From IMG/VR virus record IMGVR_UViG_3300046467_003049: a stretch of 55,438 nt of DNA; one strand, written 5' to 3'. A model generated the notes under the pieces. The model made no database searches, was not told the DNA's origin, and was given only the letters and a program-made list of their open reading frames with translations. Shown piece after piece: positions 39,164-49,675 of the stretch. The stretch's first letter is position 1, and each line of letters opens with the position of its first letter. The translations under genes and the position numbers were made by a program. This DNA is from an uncultured virus (IMG/VR IMGVR_UViG_3300046467_003049). Taxonomy: Duplodnaviria; Heunggongvirae; Uroviricota; Caudoviricetes.

Positions 39164-39499
39164 ATGAATAAACATTACAATGAAAATGACTTTTTAAATA
39201 ACGTAAGTGAACTGGCCATTAAAACAACAGGTGAATGTGCTGGTGATGTTATTCAAAACCTCGCTAACATTGAAAAGAAGGATAATACAGCTCTCGCTGA
39301 TACGCTAAAAGAAGTCGGTTACTCGATGGTTGACGTTGCAGAGTTCACGACAATCAAAGATAAAGCCTCTTTTACGGTTTGGGTTGGTGGGGTTGAAGTA
39401 AACGACCACAAACTAACACTTTCTAATGCTTGCGATATGGCATCATACTGGACTAATGAGAAATCTCATGATGATGTTCACGTGTGCACGATCACTTAA
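39164..39499 (+). CDS. hypothetical protein
   Basis: CACACACAAGG leader. Confidence 0.75.
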   Translation: MNKHYNENDFLNNVSELAIKTTGECAGDVIQNLANIEKKDNTALADTLKEVGYSMVDVAEFTTIKDKASFTVWVGGVEVNDHKLTLSNACDMASYWTNEKSHDDVHVCTIT

Positions 39500-39590
39500 A
39501 GCAGCAGCAAACAACGAATAAAGGAGGCATTACGCCTCCTTATATTTAAAAACAACCACACAGGGATTGGGCTTAATATAAATTAAATAT

Positions 39591-40040
39591 TTATTTAGTA
39601 TCTCTTAGTTTGATTAGTTGATCTACTGCGTAAACCACCTCACCTAAAAACACTTCCATTAAGAATTTTGTCTTGTCAATATCAAGCACTGTCGTTTTTT
39701 CAACGTCAACACTCTCTAAAACGTCCTCAAAGGCATTTAAGATACTTTCGCTAGCACTTCCTTCACCTTCACCAAAAATAGGCAACAATGGCGCTAGTCT
39801 GTCTCGGATATCCCAGTGGGCAATGTTATTTGCATTATTGACATACAAGTCATAATAAACGGTGTAAGCAAGGTGAGTTACTTTAGTGTAAGTTTCATCA
39901 AATTCATCAAGTGCCACGATAGCATCAAACGTTGAGGCCAATGGGTGCGTATTTCCCCAAAAACAAGGCATACTCAAATAATCGTAAGAAGTCTCACCAT
40001 CGGGTAATTTAAAAGGATTTGGGTTAGCCGGTATAAACAT
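39591..40040 (-). CDS. hypothetical protein, paralog of 40221..40718
   Basis: MP.FW, YDLY.N, ILNAF, KT.FLMEVF..E.VYAV shared. Confidence 0.8.
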   Translation of the reverse strand: MFIPANPNPFKLPDGETSYDYLSMPCFWGNTHPLASTFDAIVALDEFDETYTKVTHLAYTVYYDLYVNNANNIAHWDIRDRLAPLLPIFGEGEGSASESILNAFEDVLESVDVEKTTVLDIDKTKFLMEVFLGEVVYAVDQLIKLRDTK

Positions 40041-40220
40041 TTTAAGTGCCTTGCGTGTGCGTTAATTCAGTATGTATATATTATCATAATGAAACTACTT
40101 GTCAATACTTTATTCTTAAGTAGCGCAAAAAATGACAATAAAGTCACAACCATTAAAGCACTAAGAGGCCACAGGAAGATATGGCAAGCAAGGGTTCTCC
40201 CCTGCTTGCTCTATGTAAAC

Positions 40221-40718
40221 TTATTTCAATTCCATATGCTTACCAACAGCATAAACAATTTCTGTCATAAACACTTCCATTAGAAAATGTGTTTTGTTTT
40301 TATTTAGCGGAAACCACTCTTCGTCCATGCTATCAACAAGATCACTAAAAGCATTCAGTATACGATTACCCGTTTCTAAGTAACCATCACCACCATATTG
40401 ATTGAAAATGGCATTAACAGCTGACTTCATTTCAGAGCTTATTGTCCAATAGCACCCGTTACCACCACCATTGTTATACAAATCATAGTTTACATTGCTA
40501 GCCATACGAATGATATCCAGACCAGCATCTTCGCCAGCTTCAACGTCAAAAGATAGTTTGCTTAGCTCTCTCAACTTCGCCATTTTATCATCTGACTGAG
40601 ACCCATACCAAAAGTTAGGCATCACCCGATAGTTGTAAGATTTTTTATCTTCGCCTTCTGGCATCGTATAAGTTTCTTGGTTGACTGGGAACTCAATTTT
40701 TGTGTTAGCTAAAGTCAT
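40221..40718 (-). CDS. hypothetical protein, paralog of 39591..40040
   Basis: Shared motifs; own promoter and CA leader. Confidence 0.8.
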   Translation of the reverse strand: MTLANTKIEFPVNQETYTMPEGEDKKSYNYRVMPNFWYGSQSDDKMAKLRELSKLSFDVEAGEDAGLDIIRMASNVNYDLYNNGGGNGCYWTISSEMKSAVNAIFNQYGGDGYLETGNRILNAFSDLVDSMDEEWFPLNKNKTHFLMEVFMTEIVYAVGKHMELK

Positions 40719-40891
40719 TTTATTGCCTTGTGTGTGTTCGTTAATTTAGTATGCAAATTTTATCATAATGAAATAATATGTCAATACAATACTGCTCGCA
40801 TTAAGCAAAAAAAACAGCGACTACTAAGCCACTGCCCCTTATTAAATCCTATTGGCCAACCATCAAACCGCTAACCACACAGGGAAGAGCT

Positions 40892-41143
40892 TTAGGTCGG
40901 AGAATAAACAACATATTCTGTGCCCTGATGATTTACATCACCATAAAAATCCCATTCACTGTCGATGTGATCATTGTCGGTAACGCCCGACTTTACCAAT
41001 TTGATCTCTTCCACAAAAACAACATTGCGACCATCTTTGAGTTCAGCCACGATTTTATCCGCATCAAGCTCACAAAAGTACTCTTCTACAAGCGCTTCGA
41101 TAGTTGGGTATACATAGGTATTAGCTGCATTAGATTCAGTCAT
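40892..41143 (-). CDS. acidic hypothetical protein, paralog of 41311..41574
   Basis: YVYP..E...F..D..H.G..Y.VY shared. Confidence 0.75.
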   Translation of the reverse strand: MTESNAANTYVYPTIEALVEEYFCELDADKIVAELKDGRNVVFVEEIKLVKSGVTDNDHIDSEWDFYGDVNHQGTEYVVYSPT

Positions 41144-41310
41144 TTAAAATTCCATAGTGTGTGTAAATTCAGTATGTAAATTTTATCATAATGAATATTC
41201 ATATCAACACAATACTGCTCATATCAAACAAAAAAGCAGCGTCCACCAGGACACTGCTTTATATTATTTTTAGCGGTAAAGTTCGAAAAAAAATCAGACT
41301 AAGCGCTTAA

Positions 41311-41574
41311 TTAATCACGCTTGTACACGGCATATGAAACACCATAGTGCTCCATATCTGCAATGAAGCCTAACTCATCATGTCTGCCCACAAGAAAACT
41401 AACATCATCAGTTATTCTAACGAACTCTAAGCCTTCAGAATAAATCAAGTCACTTTCATTAGACAAGTCCTCAATAACAGTCGCTTCATTTATTTCATCT
41501 ACATACTTATCAAGAAACGTTTCTAGGTTCGGGTAAACATATGCTTCTTTTGGATCTACCTTGGCTTTAGTCAT
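41311..41574 (-). CDS. acidic hypothetical protein, paralog of 40892..41143
   Basis: Shared motifs; own promoter. Confidence 0.75.
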   Translation of the reverse strand: MTKAKVDPKEAYVYPNLETFLDKYVDEINEATVIEDLSNESDLIYSEGLEFVRITDDVSFLVGRHDELGFIADMEHYGVSYAVYKRD

Positions 41575-41737
41575 TTTGAATTCCATGTGTGTACGTTAAT
41601 TCAGTATGTACATATTATCATAATGAAACTCTTTGTCAATACTTTGTTTTTAAACACCACAAACAAAAACAGTGACATTTAAGTCACTGTTTGCCACCAT
41701 TGCTGGCGCTAAAAATCAGGGTAGAACCAGGGCTTAT

Positions 41738-41887
41738 CTAAATATCAATTACCACGGTGTCTTCGCTACAAATATCAATGGCTATATCCGACTCTGTCAA
41801 ATAACCTTCTTCAACAGTGCCACGCACTTCCATCTTAGCTTTAGGGTTTGCCTGTAACAACTTTTCAATCATATCTTCAACTAACAT
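41738..41887 (-). CDS. small hypothetical protein
   Basis: AGGT SD before MLVEDMIEKL. Confidence 0.55.
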   Translation of the reverse strand: MLVEDMIEKLLQANPKAKMEVRGTVEEGYLTESDIAIDICSEDTVVIDI

Positions 41888-41957
41888 AATAATACCTATA
41901 TATTTAGGGTTGTGCGGCAAAGTATTGACCTTGCCGACTCTTGATGCTTACTTAAGC

Positions 41958-42119
41958 TTAACCATTTACAACATAATCTAAATAAAGCTCTGGCTCTCGC
42001 TTCTTCCAGTCATCAATATCTTCTGAAAAGAAGCCATTTGACATATCAAAGCCGCAAGCTTCTAAAAACTCTTTCTCGCGTGCCTCTAAAGGTCTTTTTT
42101 TAGGTGTAGTGTTAGACAT
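41958..42119 (-). CDS. 53-aa hypothetical protein (not in ORF track)
   Basis: CACACACACGGAG leader, own promoter; MSNTTPKKRPLEAREKEF... Confidence 0.7.
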   Translation of the reverse strand: MSNTTPKKRPLEAREKEFLEACGFDMSNGFFSEDIDDWKKREPELYLDYVVNG

Positions 42120-42296
42120 ATATAACTCCGTGTGTGTGCGTTAATTCAGTATGTACATATTATCATAATGAAATGCTCTGTCAATGGTTTTTACATCAAA
42201 AACAGATTTAAATTCCAAGTATATTCCATGGCACTTCCTCCCAAAACAAAACATCACCATCAATTGATTTCTATTGCGCTCATGCACACGGAGTTT

Positions 42297-42671
42297 TTAA
42301 ACAGTATCTTTGATAACCCACTCAAGCGATGCTCTTCCGATAGGCTTTATATCTTCAATCATGGCTGTGAAACAACCGCTTTGATAAAAGTTAATTTTGC
42401 GCTCGTTATCGTCAACACTCACACAATACACTCTATGACCTTCAGGGTATGTGTCATGCTTACCGTGACCACCTCCCCCTCCTTCGGTTTTTGTTTTTAC
42501 AACAACATATTTACCTTTAAAGTAAGAGAAGTCACCACCCACAACAATGTTAGTGTTCGTTAGCTTAGATGATCCTTTCTTGCTGCTATAAACTAGATGC
42601 TCAAGCACTGAAGCATACACCTCATGACCTTCTTTCAATTCAATAACATCGTCTTTTTTTAAAAAATTCAT
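42297..42671 (-). CDS. hypothetical protein
   Basis: CGTGTACACG promoter; AAGGA SD. Confidence 0.75.
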   Translation of the reverse strand: MNFLKKDDVIELKEGHEVYASVLEHLVYSSKKGSSKLTNTNIVVGGDFSYFKGKYVVVKTKTEGGGGGHGKHDTYPEGHRVYCVSVDDNERKINFYQSGCFTAMIEDIKPIGRASLEWVIKDTV

Positions 42672-42888
42672 CACAGCACTTCCTTCTTTTCGAATATACA
42701 CTTATTATACTCGTGTACACGATGCCAAGCAAGCTTTATTTAACGAACATTGAGAATATAACCTCACGAATAAGCAGGGAACTTTTTGCAATCACTTGTT
42801 TTTTTATAGGCAAAATAAACCTTAGCTGATTCAAATAGCTTATTTACACAGTCGTTTTGTTACAATGCTTATTAAACTTCACACTATT

Positions 42889-43059
42889 TTATAATGCAGC
42901 AATCTTATCCTGAGTCTCAATGAGCTGAGCAAACAGTTCTTGAACTTCCTTGTCATTATCTGGATTCTCACCATCATACTCTACACGACTTCGGACAGTA
43001 TCATAAGCCTCTTGCTGAATATCTTCCAATGCGACTAGCTTGTTTAATTCTGTGTTCAT
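42889..43059 (-). CDS. 56-aa acidic protein (not in ORF track)
   Basis: CGTGTACACG promoter, AAGGGGG SD; MNTELNKLVALEDIQQEAY... Confidence 0.7.
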   Translation of the reverse strand: MNTELNKLVALEDIQQEAYDTVRSRVEYDGENPDNDKEVQELFAQLIETQDKIAAL

Positions 43060-43129
43060 TTCGCTGAACCCCCTTCTTTTTTAATATACAACTATTATAC
43101 TCGTGTACACGATATTTTGCAAGGTTTAT

Positions 43130-43507
43130 TTAATGACATTTATACTCAACAAAAATCATATAACCAGAATCGTTATCAGGTGTTGGCATTACACCGTAAT
43201 CTGTAACAACAGCATTGTTTATTAACTTATATTCACCGCTTAAAAGGCTTTTATACGTTTTGCTTCTCATTGCTTTTGATTCTGAAACAAAACCTTTTCC
43301 TGATGAGGTTACATGCACTTGAGAAACCTTGCAGTTAGGATTTGATTCATTATGCATTTCTGACCTCAACCATTGAGCCGCAACCTGTTTGGGGTTTTTA
43401 TAACCTTTGCCTATAATTGAGCTAGGTTTTACGCTACCGTTCATTAAACCATTTAAATCAGATTGAAGCTCAGCAAGGCGAGTTAATTTTACAGTTTGTG
43501 TGTTCAT
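43130..43507 (-). CDS. hypothetical protein
   Basis: Start trimmed to MNTQ after CGTGTACACG promoter. Confidence 0.7.
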   Translation of the reverse strand: MNTQTVKLTRLAELQSDLNGLMNGSVKPSSIIGKGYKNPKQVAAQWLRSEMHNESNPNCKVSQVHVTSSGKGFVSESKAMRSKTYKSLLSGEYKLINNAVVTDYGVMPTPDNDSGYMIFVEYKCH

Positions 43508-43695
43508 TGCAGTGTTTCTCTTCTTTTTGAATATGACTTTATTGTACTCGTGTACACGATAAAAGCAAGCTTTATTTGACGAACATTGAAAATAAAACTC
43601 CACGAATAAGTAGGGAGCATTCGCAATGTTATTAAACAAAAAAGCGACCTAATAGATCGCTTATGTTTATGGAATAATGGTTTGTTTAACAGTTT

Positions 43696-43887
43696 TTATA
43701 TTTCTTTAAATTTTCGGTTGTTTTTTGTGGTTTGATTAAAATCATACGAAAAGTTACCTTGGCCACAATAACTATTACCTTCGCCTATAAGGTAATCTGC
43801 AACATCACCCTCATTTTCAGCCTTCAGCAAATACGTTTGTTCTCGCCCTGTACCCTTATTTCTTAAAGCTGCTTCGAAAAATTTCAT
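43696..43887 (-). CDS. hypothetical protein
   Basis: AAGGA SD; variant operator promoter. Confidence 0.65.
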   Translation of the reverse strand: MKFFEAALRNKGTGREQTYLLKAENEGDVADYLIGEGNSYCGQGNFSYDFNQTTKNNRKFKEI

Positions 43888-43982
43888 TTGATAACTTCCT
43901 TTCTTTAAATTATGCACTTATTACAGTCGTGCACACGATGCAAAGCAAGGTTTATTTAATGATATGCACAAAAAATTCAACC

Positions 43983-44231
43983 CTATCGACGCATACCACC
44001 TCTCGAAAAATCATCACATTGCAAGCCACCTTCGATAACATCGAACTTAGGGTATTCTTTCATTGGCGCGACATTGTCTGACACGTCAACAACAACCAGG
44101 TGATTATCGTTGCTCAAACCACCCTCATAACCATGCCCTGACGCTTTAATACCACCACCGGCACCATGACTTAACTTTTTCTCACAAGACGCATTACAAG
44201 CCGCCTTACCTTTACAAACTGATTTGCACAT
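43983..44231 (-). CDS. hypothetical protein
   Basis: GGGGA SD. Confidence 0.55.
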   Translation of the reverse strand: MCKSVCKGKAACNASCEKKLSHGAGGGIKASGHGYEGGLSNDNHLVVVDVSDNVAPMKEYPKFDVIEGGLQCDDFSRGGMRR

Positions 44232-44316
44232 AACCGTTTCCCCGTATCAACTAATATCTTCAATAGATTGCTTTACAGCACATGTAAGCCCCAATGACAT
44301 TTACAGCCATTATAAC

Positions 44317-44523
44317 TCACTCTTTGCCAAAGTTCGTTTCAACAAGGCTACGATGAGATTCACGCATAGGAACAATACCTTCGCGCTTCTTTTCGCATCG
44401 ACCTTCAAATTCCGCCTTAGTGTACAGGTAAACTCGCCACATTCTGGCCGGCGTATGCGCATCACCAATAACTTTGATGTAAGTATGACCTCTAAATGTC
44501 ATTAATGGAGTTTGATCGCTCAT
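44317..44523 (-). CDS. hypothetical protein
   Basis: AAGGGT SD. Confidence 0.6.
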   Translation of the reverse strand: MSDQTPLMTFRGHTYIKVIGDAHTPARMWRVYLYTKAEFEGRCEKKREGIVPMRESHRSLVETNFGKE

Positions 44524-44547
44524 ATCACTACTACCCTTTACTTAAAC

Positions 44548-44886
44548 TTATTTACACCAATTAACGATTGACTCATAAAGCGATTTGACGCTATAAGGCT
44601 CAACTGAACTCTTGATCGTCTCTTCACCGTTCTTATTTGGTCTATGATGCCCAAGAACATCTGATTTTTGCATAACAAACTCATCATCAAGACTTGTTCG
44701 CTTATGAGCAGCACCATTAAGGCTAATTCTTTTCTTACCTTTAAAATTGGTTGACTCTAACCACAATACAACTTTAATCTGGTCGTCTTCGTCGATTTGA
44801 TCACAAATAACAATTTTATCCTCAAAGCCTATCTTGCCCAAGCTTGTGACTTTAGAGTGATCTATTTCAATTTTATTTTTAGGCAT
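44548..44886 (-). CDS. hypothetical protein
   Basis: Start trimmed to MPKNK; own promoter. Confidence 0.7.
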   Translation of the reverse strand: MPKNKIEIDHSKVTSLGKIGFEDKIVICDQIDEDDQIKVVLWLESTNFKGKKRISLNGAAHKRTSLDDEFVMQKSDVLGHHRPNKNGEETIKSSVEPYSVKSLYESIVNWCK

Positions 44887-45028
44887 TCTGTGTATCCGTA
44901 TTTGACGACTATTTAACGTAAACCTATGATATTTCATTATGATAATGTTGTCAATCATTTAGTTCTAGTTGAGCAAAAAAAAAGAGGCATAAGCCCCTTT
45001 CTTCTCCTAGCCAATATTAAGTGACTAA

Positions 45029-45664
45029 CTATACACAGTTATCATCGAATTCAACGCGAGCTATATTAAGTATTTCACCCTTATCATACATGCGTATCAT
45101 ATTGTAAAGCTTAGCCCCATCAGCATCGATACATCTATCAGAAGATACATACCCACCATTTGCCAACTTACCAACATAAACAATCGTTGAAGGCTCATCT
45201 CCATCAGCATCAGTAAACATCGTACTAGGAACGACATCGTCCTTTAAAGCCATATATAACAAGCCTAGTTCATCTCTAAAATCAACATCTAACTTCAAAC
45301 AATCCTGACTTGTATATCGTCTATCTACTTTGCTATGACTAACAGTAAAAAGACAATCAGGGAAGTTTTCGCTCTCAACCTCTCTTATTTGCAAGTTATG
45401 TACTGAGTATTCATAATCAATCGTCACCGGAGCAACTTGATCTGCCGCCTGTTCAATTAAAGTTTCACCATGCAATGAACATTCAAGAGTATCCGCGCAA
45501 ATATTATTAGGTGTAAGCTCGCCATTAACTCTACTATGCGAAATCGCTTCATGAAGATTGTCAACCATAGACTCAGCATCAATGCCTTCAACAGTGCCTT
45601 CATTTTCATCAGCAACAGAATACTCAATAGTCACTAATACCTGTATACGCTTTACCTTAGACAT
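45029..45664 (-). CDS. hypothetical acidic protein
   Basis: 211-aa ORF, AAGG SD. Confidence 0.75.
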   Translation of the reverse strand: MSKVKRIQVLVTIEYSVADENEGTVEGIDAESMVDNLHEAISHSRVNGELTPNNICADTLECSLHGETLIEQAADQVAPVTIDYEYSVHNLQIREVESENFPDCLFTVSHSKVDRRYTSQDCLKLDVDFRDELGLLYMALKDDVVPSTMFTDADGDEPSTIVYVGKLANGGYVSSDRCIDADGAKLYNMIRMYDKGEILNIARVEFDDNCV

Positions 45665-45730
45665 AACAATACAACCTTATAAATTATTTTTTGTAATAGA
45701 CGCCCTAAGACGTCTTGTGTGTGATTAACT

Positions 45731-46042
45731 CTAATCTAAGATAACTATCTTAGACATTCCAATGTTATCCGCTTCAATGCTATCCAGCTTCGTCGTAACA
45801 GTCGTGTTAACAGAGTACATAACAGAAGAAAACATGAAATAATATAAACAATAACCAAAAGACACAGACTCACCCGAATAAAAACCGCCAGTAAACTGAA
45901 TTGTTACAACCGATGGTGACAGAGTAAATAAAACATCTGCCAACGCCATAATAAAAAACATAGCCGACAATACATAGGTTAAAACCATTAGCATTCTAAG
46001 ATAATTTAAACCATTTCCGAAAAAGTTATTTAAAGTTTTCAT
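45731..46042 (-). CDS. membrane protein
   Basis: Two hydrophobic segments; ACACACAAGG leader. Confidence 0.7.
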   Translation of the reverse strand: MKTLNNFFGNGLNYLRMLMVLTYVLSAMFFIMALADVLFTLSPSVVTIQFTGGFYSGESVSFGYCLYYFMFSSVMYSVNTTVTTKLDSIEADNIGMSKIVILD

Positions 46043-46202
46043 AAGTTCCGCCTTGTGTGTAGTTAGTAAAACCATATTATCATACTGAAACATTTTGTCA
46101 ATCGTTTATTTTTATTTATTTTCTTTCGCCCAGGTGCCCTCCTCGCACTTTATTACAACACGCTATTAACTTGTAACCCATTAATTAAATACTCACTATC
46201 CC

Positions 46203-46517
46203 CTATTGCAGCACACTACTAACTTGTGAATTAGTAACCAAGTGCTTACAGCAAGTAACATCACCTAATTGATTGTCCATATAGAACGTCATTAGCTTTT
46301 CATGAGTAACCTTAGTCAACTCAGAGCCAGACTTCTTATACACAACCACACGGTCTTCACTAAACAACGGTTGCGCTCGCACGATAGCCTCAGCCTTTTC
46401 AATTGCTGTCACCATATCTTCAGCTTGATTTAACTTAAGCGTTTCATAACGACCACAATAAGATGCAATCTCCGCTTCAGCAATACTTGAAAATTTCTCT
46501 TTGGCAATAACAAACAT
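46203..46517 (-). CDS. hypothetical protein
   Basis: Own promoter. Confidence 0.7.
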   Translation of the reverse strand: MFVIAKEKFSSIAEAEIASYCGRYETLKLNQAEDMVTAIEKAEAIVRAQPLFSEDRVVVYKKSGSELTKVTHEKLMTFYMDNQLGDVTCCKHLVTNSQVSSVLQ

Positions 46518-46646
46518 AATCTTTAATCCGTGCAAACTTGATGATTACATTATAATTCATTATGATAATTTGTCAATCATTTTATTTTAACTAGGCAATA
46601 AAAAAGACCCGTACAATACGAGCCTTTAATTTAAATATATACAGCC

Positions 46647-47102
46647 TTAGTGGTTGGCTGTTTTTAGCATAGCAACAACAAATAACTCAGGGGTTTCCTT
46701 GGTTGCTTTAATTGTATCTATTAATGCTACATCGTCATTCGCTGCCATATGAGCATTAGCCGCATCTACACTGGCCGTAATATACGTTACTTGGTACAAA
46801 GATTTTTCAACTTCAACGTACAAAGGTGTATTCTTTCTATCTTTATTTGAAAAGTTACCAACAAGCGCACCCGCATAAGCAACATTATCAGTGCTTTTAC
46901 TTGTGATCAGTGTTGCCACTACTTCACTACCGGTATCGTTAACCATGTAAGCAATCGTACCTTTAGTTTCAGCAAGTAAAGCATCAGTGCTCTGAGCGTA
47001 CATAGCTAAATGCGTAACCTGAGACACAATGCCGCGTTTAAACTTAGCAAAATATCGCATACCAATATTGTCTGAAACCAGCTTTTGTTCTGAAGTGTTC
47101 AT
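46647..47102 (-). CDS. hypothetical protein
   Basis: GGAG SD, own promoter. Confidence 0.75.
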   Translation of the reverse strand: MNTSEQKLVSDNIGMRYFAKFKRGIVSQVTHLAMYAQSTDALLAETKGTIAYMVNDTGSEVVATLITSKSTDNVAYAGALVGNFSNKDRKNTPLYVEVEKSLYQVTYITASVDAANAHMAANDDVALIDTIKATKETPELFVVAMLKTANH

Positions 47103-47189
47103 GGTGTAACTCCGCTTAAGTAAGTGGTTATATATTAACGCATAACCACTTATTTTGTCAATCATTTATTGTCGTGTCAATGAGTTGTT

Positions 47190-47423
47190 TTAGGATTTCT
47201 GTTTTCTTGTGTGCTCTAGGTATGAATACATTGCAATAAGAGTTGTATGAACTAAAATACGACCAACAACAATCAAAACCAAAGCCAACAATATAAGGTA
47301 ATTGTCAGTAAGTATAACCAGAAAATCAAAATACTCTGCAATAAAATGAGCCACCAACATAATAGCTACAAATTCTATTGAGTTCGTTAATTTCGCTTCT
47401 AATTTCTCTAATAATGCAATCAT
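47190..47423 (-). CDS. small membrane protein
   Basis: Hydrophobic; CCACACACAAG leader. Confidence 0.7.
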   Translation of the reverse strand: MIALLEKLEAKLTNSIEFVAIMLVAHFIAEYFDFLVILTDNYLILLALVLIVVGRILVHTTLIAMYSYLEHTRKQKS

Positions 47424-47583
47424 AAATTTCTCGCTTGTGTGTGGTAATCAATTTATGTATCCATTATAACGCCCACAGCTATTTTGTCAATCATTTATTT
47501 CTATTTAATTAATAAATATACTAAAAACTCTCAACAAAACAATTGTGTTTTATACACTTTAATGTTCGCCTAAGTAAGGTTAA

Positions 47584-48441
47584 CTACATGTTTATAATAT
47601 AGCTCCGCGTAGCATCTTCAACCTGACGTTCTCCGCAATACCTTTCATCAATACCCGCAAAAATAGATAAACTTTCAGAAGGGCTAACACTGTCTTTTTC
47701 GTAGTAACAGACACTACCCCTAGCTACATCACCATTTTCACACTCTTTAATCATTATCTTTGCTGACACACCATCTTCAAATTCAACAGTCCGATCTACA
47801 ATATAACCACCATTGCCATTACCACCGGTAGTTAACGCCAAGTTAGCTGCTTCATACTGCTCCTCGGTAAGAGTCACAGCTACACTATAACTAGCGTCCA
47901 TTTTGTCAGCAAACACCTCTTCAATAAACTTAGGTAGGTTACGATAAAGATACGTAGCAACACCAACGCTAACTGAACTGTTAGGATATCTGGTAAACAA
48001 AAACCCAAGAAGACTAGAATGGTAATTATCAAACATATGATCAACAAGTAATTGGTAATTATCTCTCAGGAAAGACATCGTCATTTTTGAGCACGCCATT
48101 TTCAATGCTATTAGTAAATCACAATTTTCCTTACTCTGGTAACACGAGAGCGCATACACATCACCTTCACCCGCGTAACCTGACAAAGCCTTATACACAG
48201 CATGCAAATTATACTCTGCCAACTCAGACTGACCAACATAGTAATCAACAGTGTCCTTGATTTTACTTTCCGAAAGCATCTCACCAAGCTGTTCTTTAAG
48301 CACATTAGCACTGGCATCTCTGACACCTTTAAGAGTTAAGTTTGTTTTGTGCTCTACAAGAATACAAAGCGCACTTATCAAGGCATTACTGACGTTACGA
48401 TCTTTTAATGAATTCGGGTTAAATTTTAACAAGGTGAACAC
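47584..48441 (-). CDS. hypothetical protein (285 aa)
   Basis: Long ORF. Confidence 0.75.
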   Translation of the reverse strand: MFTLLKFNPNSLKDRNVSNALISALCILVEHKTNLTLKGVRDASANVLKEQLGEMLSESKIKDTVDYYVGQSELAEYNLHAVYKALSGYAGEGDVYALSCYQSKENCDLLIALKMACSKMTMSFLRDNYQLLVDHMFDNYHSSLLGFLFTRYPNSSVSVGVATYLYRNLPKFIEEVFADKMDASYSVAVTLTEEQYEAANLALTTGGNGNGGYIVDRTVEFEDGVSAKIMIKECENGDVARGSVCYYEKDSVSPSESLSIFAGIDERYCGERQVEDATRSYIINM

Positions 48442-48449
48442 CTCTTTTA

Positions 48450-48662
48450 TTAGTTTGTAAAACTTGCCAGATGGCGAGAAACCTCTTCATGGCCAACGAA
48501 CTGATCTAAATGCTCATGCGCATCAACCTTAACCAGGTCCCAGTTAATATCATCTTCACCAAAACCAAGAGACTCACCACAACCAAGCCCCATGTAGTTA
48601 TTATCTACATGCACTTGAATTTCATTTAGTAGCTCACCACCAAAGGTTTCTGTTCTGCTCAT
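48450..48662 (-). CDS. hypothetical protein
   Basis: AGGAG SD, own promoter. Confidence 0.7.
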   Translation of the reverse strand: MSRTETFGGELLNEIQVHVDNNYMGLGCGESLGFGEDDINWDLVKVDAHEHLDQFVGHEEVSRHLASFTN

Positions 48663-48850
48663 GACGCTCCTAATTCGTAATATTTTAATGACACCATTCT
48701 ATCATTTTCATAACTTTTGTCAATCATTTATTTCTTGAGACTTAAGGCTACTTTTGCGAAAATCGATAAGTCAGATACAAAAAAGCCCCCATAAACATGA
48801 AGGCTTAGTGAAACAGGTAATTAAAGGTTTAATTTAGTACTTAGGGGAAT

Positions 48851-49264
48851 TTACGCTGACATTGCTGAAAGTTCGCGGTTGTTTCTCGCCACATTCATCA
48901 TGTGCTTGTAAGTCGCACAATTCAACTCATCATAAGCTTCACGCGCAACAGAAAACCATTCTTTCGTTATTCTGGCGTAGTTTCCATATACACCAGACGG
49001 CGCACCATTTTCATCGTCATGCAGTGTAATAACGCCCATTGCGACCATCTTGTCTATCGCCGCACCTCTACGCTCATCACGAGTTATGTCTTCAACATTG
49101 ACGAAGTTATTGTAAGTTTTCTCTGCACCTTCCCAGCCATACATTCTTATACTGGTAGCCAAAAAATCTGCTAAATAATTCTTTTGAGCAAGAGTTAAAC
49201 TTCTCATTGAAATTGTAACAACTGAGCTTTTTGGAGTGTTTGCTTTTTGTGTAGAGTTCATCAT
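48851..49264 (-). CDS. hypothetical protein
   Basis: CACACACAAG leader, own promoter. Confidence 0.75.
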   Translation of the reverse strand: MMNSTQKANTPKSSVVTISMRSLTLAQKNYLADFLATSIRMYGWEGAEKTYNNFVNVEDITRDERRGAAIDKMVAMGVITLHDDENGAPSGVYGNYARITKEWFSVAREAYDELNCATYKHMMNVARNNRELSAMSA

Positions 49265-49382
49265 AACGCTTCTTCTTGTGTGTGTTTTCAGTGTAATCAT
49301 ATTATCATTTTGAAAAATTAATATCAACAAAAAAGGCACCTAAATAGATGCCTTTTCATTCATAATTCAATTTAAAAATCCG

Positions 49383-49592
49383 CTAAGCACAAGCCAAAGT
49401 AACACTCGTTGCTTGCAAGCCCTTTTCACCGTTGTCGAACTCAAATTCAACCTTTTGGCCGGCGCTAAGTGTCTTGAAACCATCAATTGGGATCACAGAG
49501 TAATGCACGAACACATCATCCTCTTTTCCATCCTCATTAATAAAACCGAAACCCTTTGCGCTATTAAACCACTTTACTGTTCCAACTGCCAT
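49383..49592 (-). CDS. cold-shock domain protein (CspA family, CspD-like residues)
   Basis: [15 protein letters not shown] (RNP1), VFVHYS (RNP2), DGFKTL..GQ.VEF. Confidence 0.95.
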   Translation of the reverse strand: MAVGTVKWFNSAKGFGFINEDGKEDDVFVHYSVIPIDGFKTLSAGQKVEFEFDNGEKGLQATSVTLACA

Positions 49593-49626
49593 ATATTCAC
49601 TTCCCTAGTTAAATTCAAAGCAATTG

Positions 49627-49675
49627 ATGACCACTCAATGACCACTCAATGACCACTCAATGACCACTCAATGAC
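49627..49675. repeat. 11-bp tandem repeat (ATGACCACTCA x4) upstream of the csp gene
   Basis: Directly visible. Confidence 0.9.

Larger units (their letters stand above)
20516..43950. promoter_or_regulatory. promoter family 2 (9 copies): TTGCTT-like -35, CGTGTACACG palindrome, TATAAT
   Basis: Palindrome at 20526, 21585, 22028, 23972, 24896 (+) and 42712, 43102, 43549, 43928 variant (-). Confidence 0.9.
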
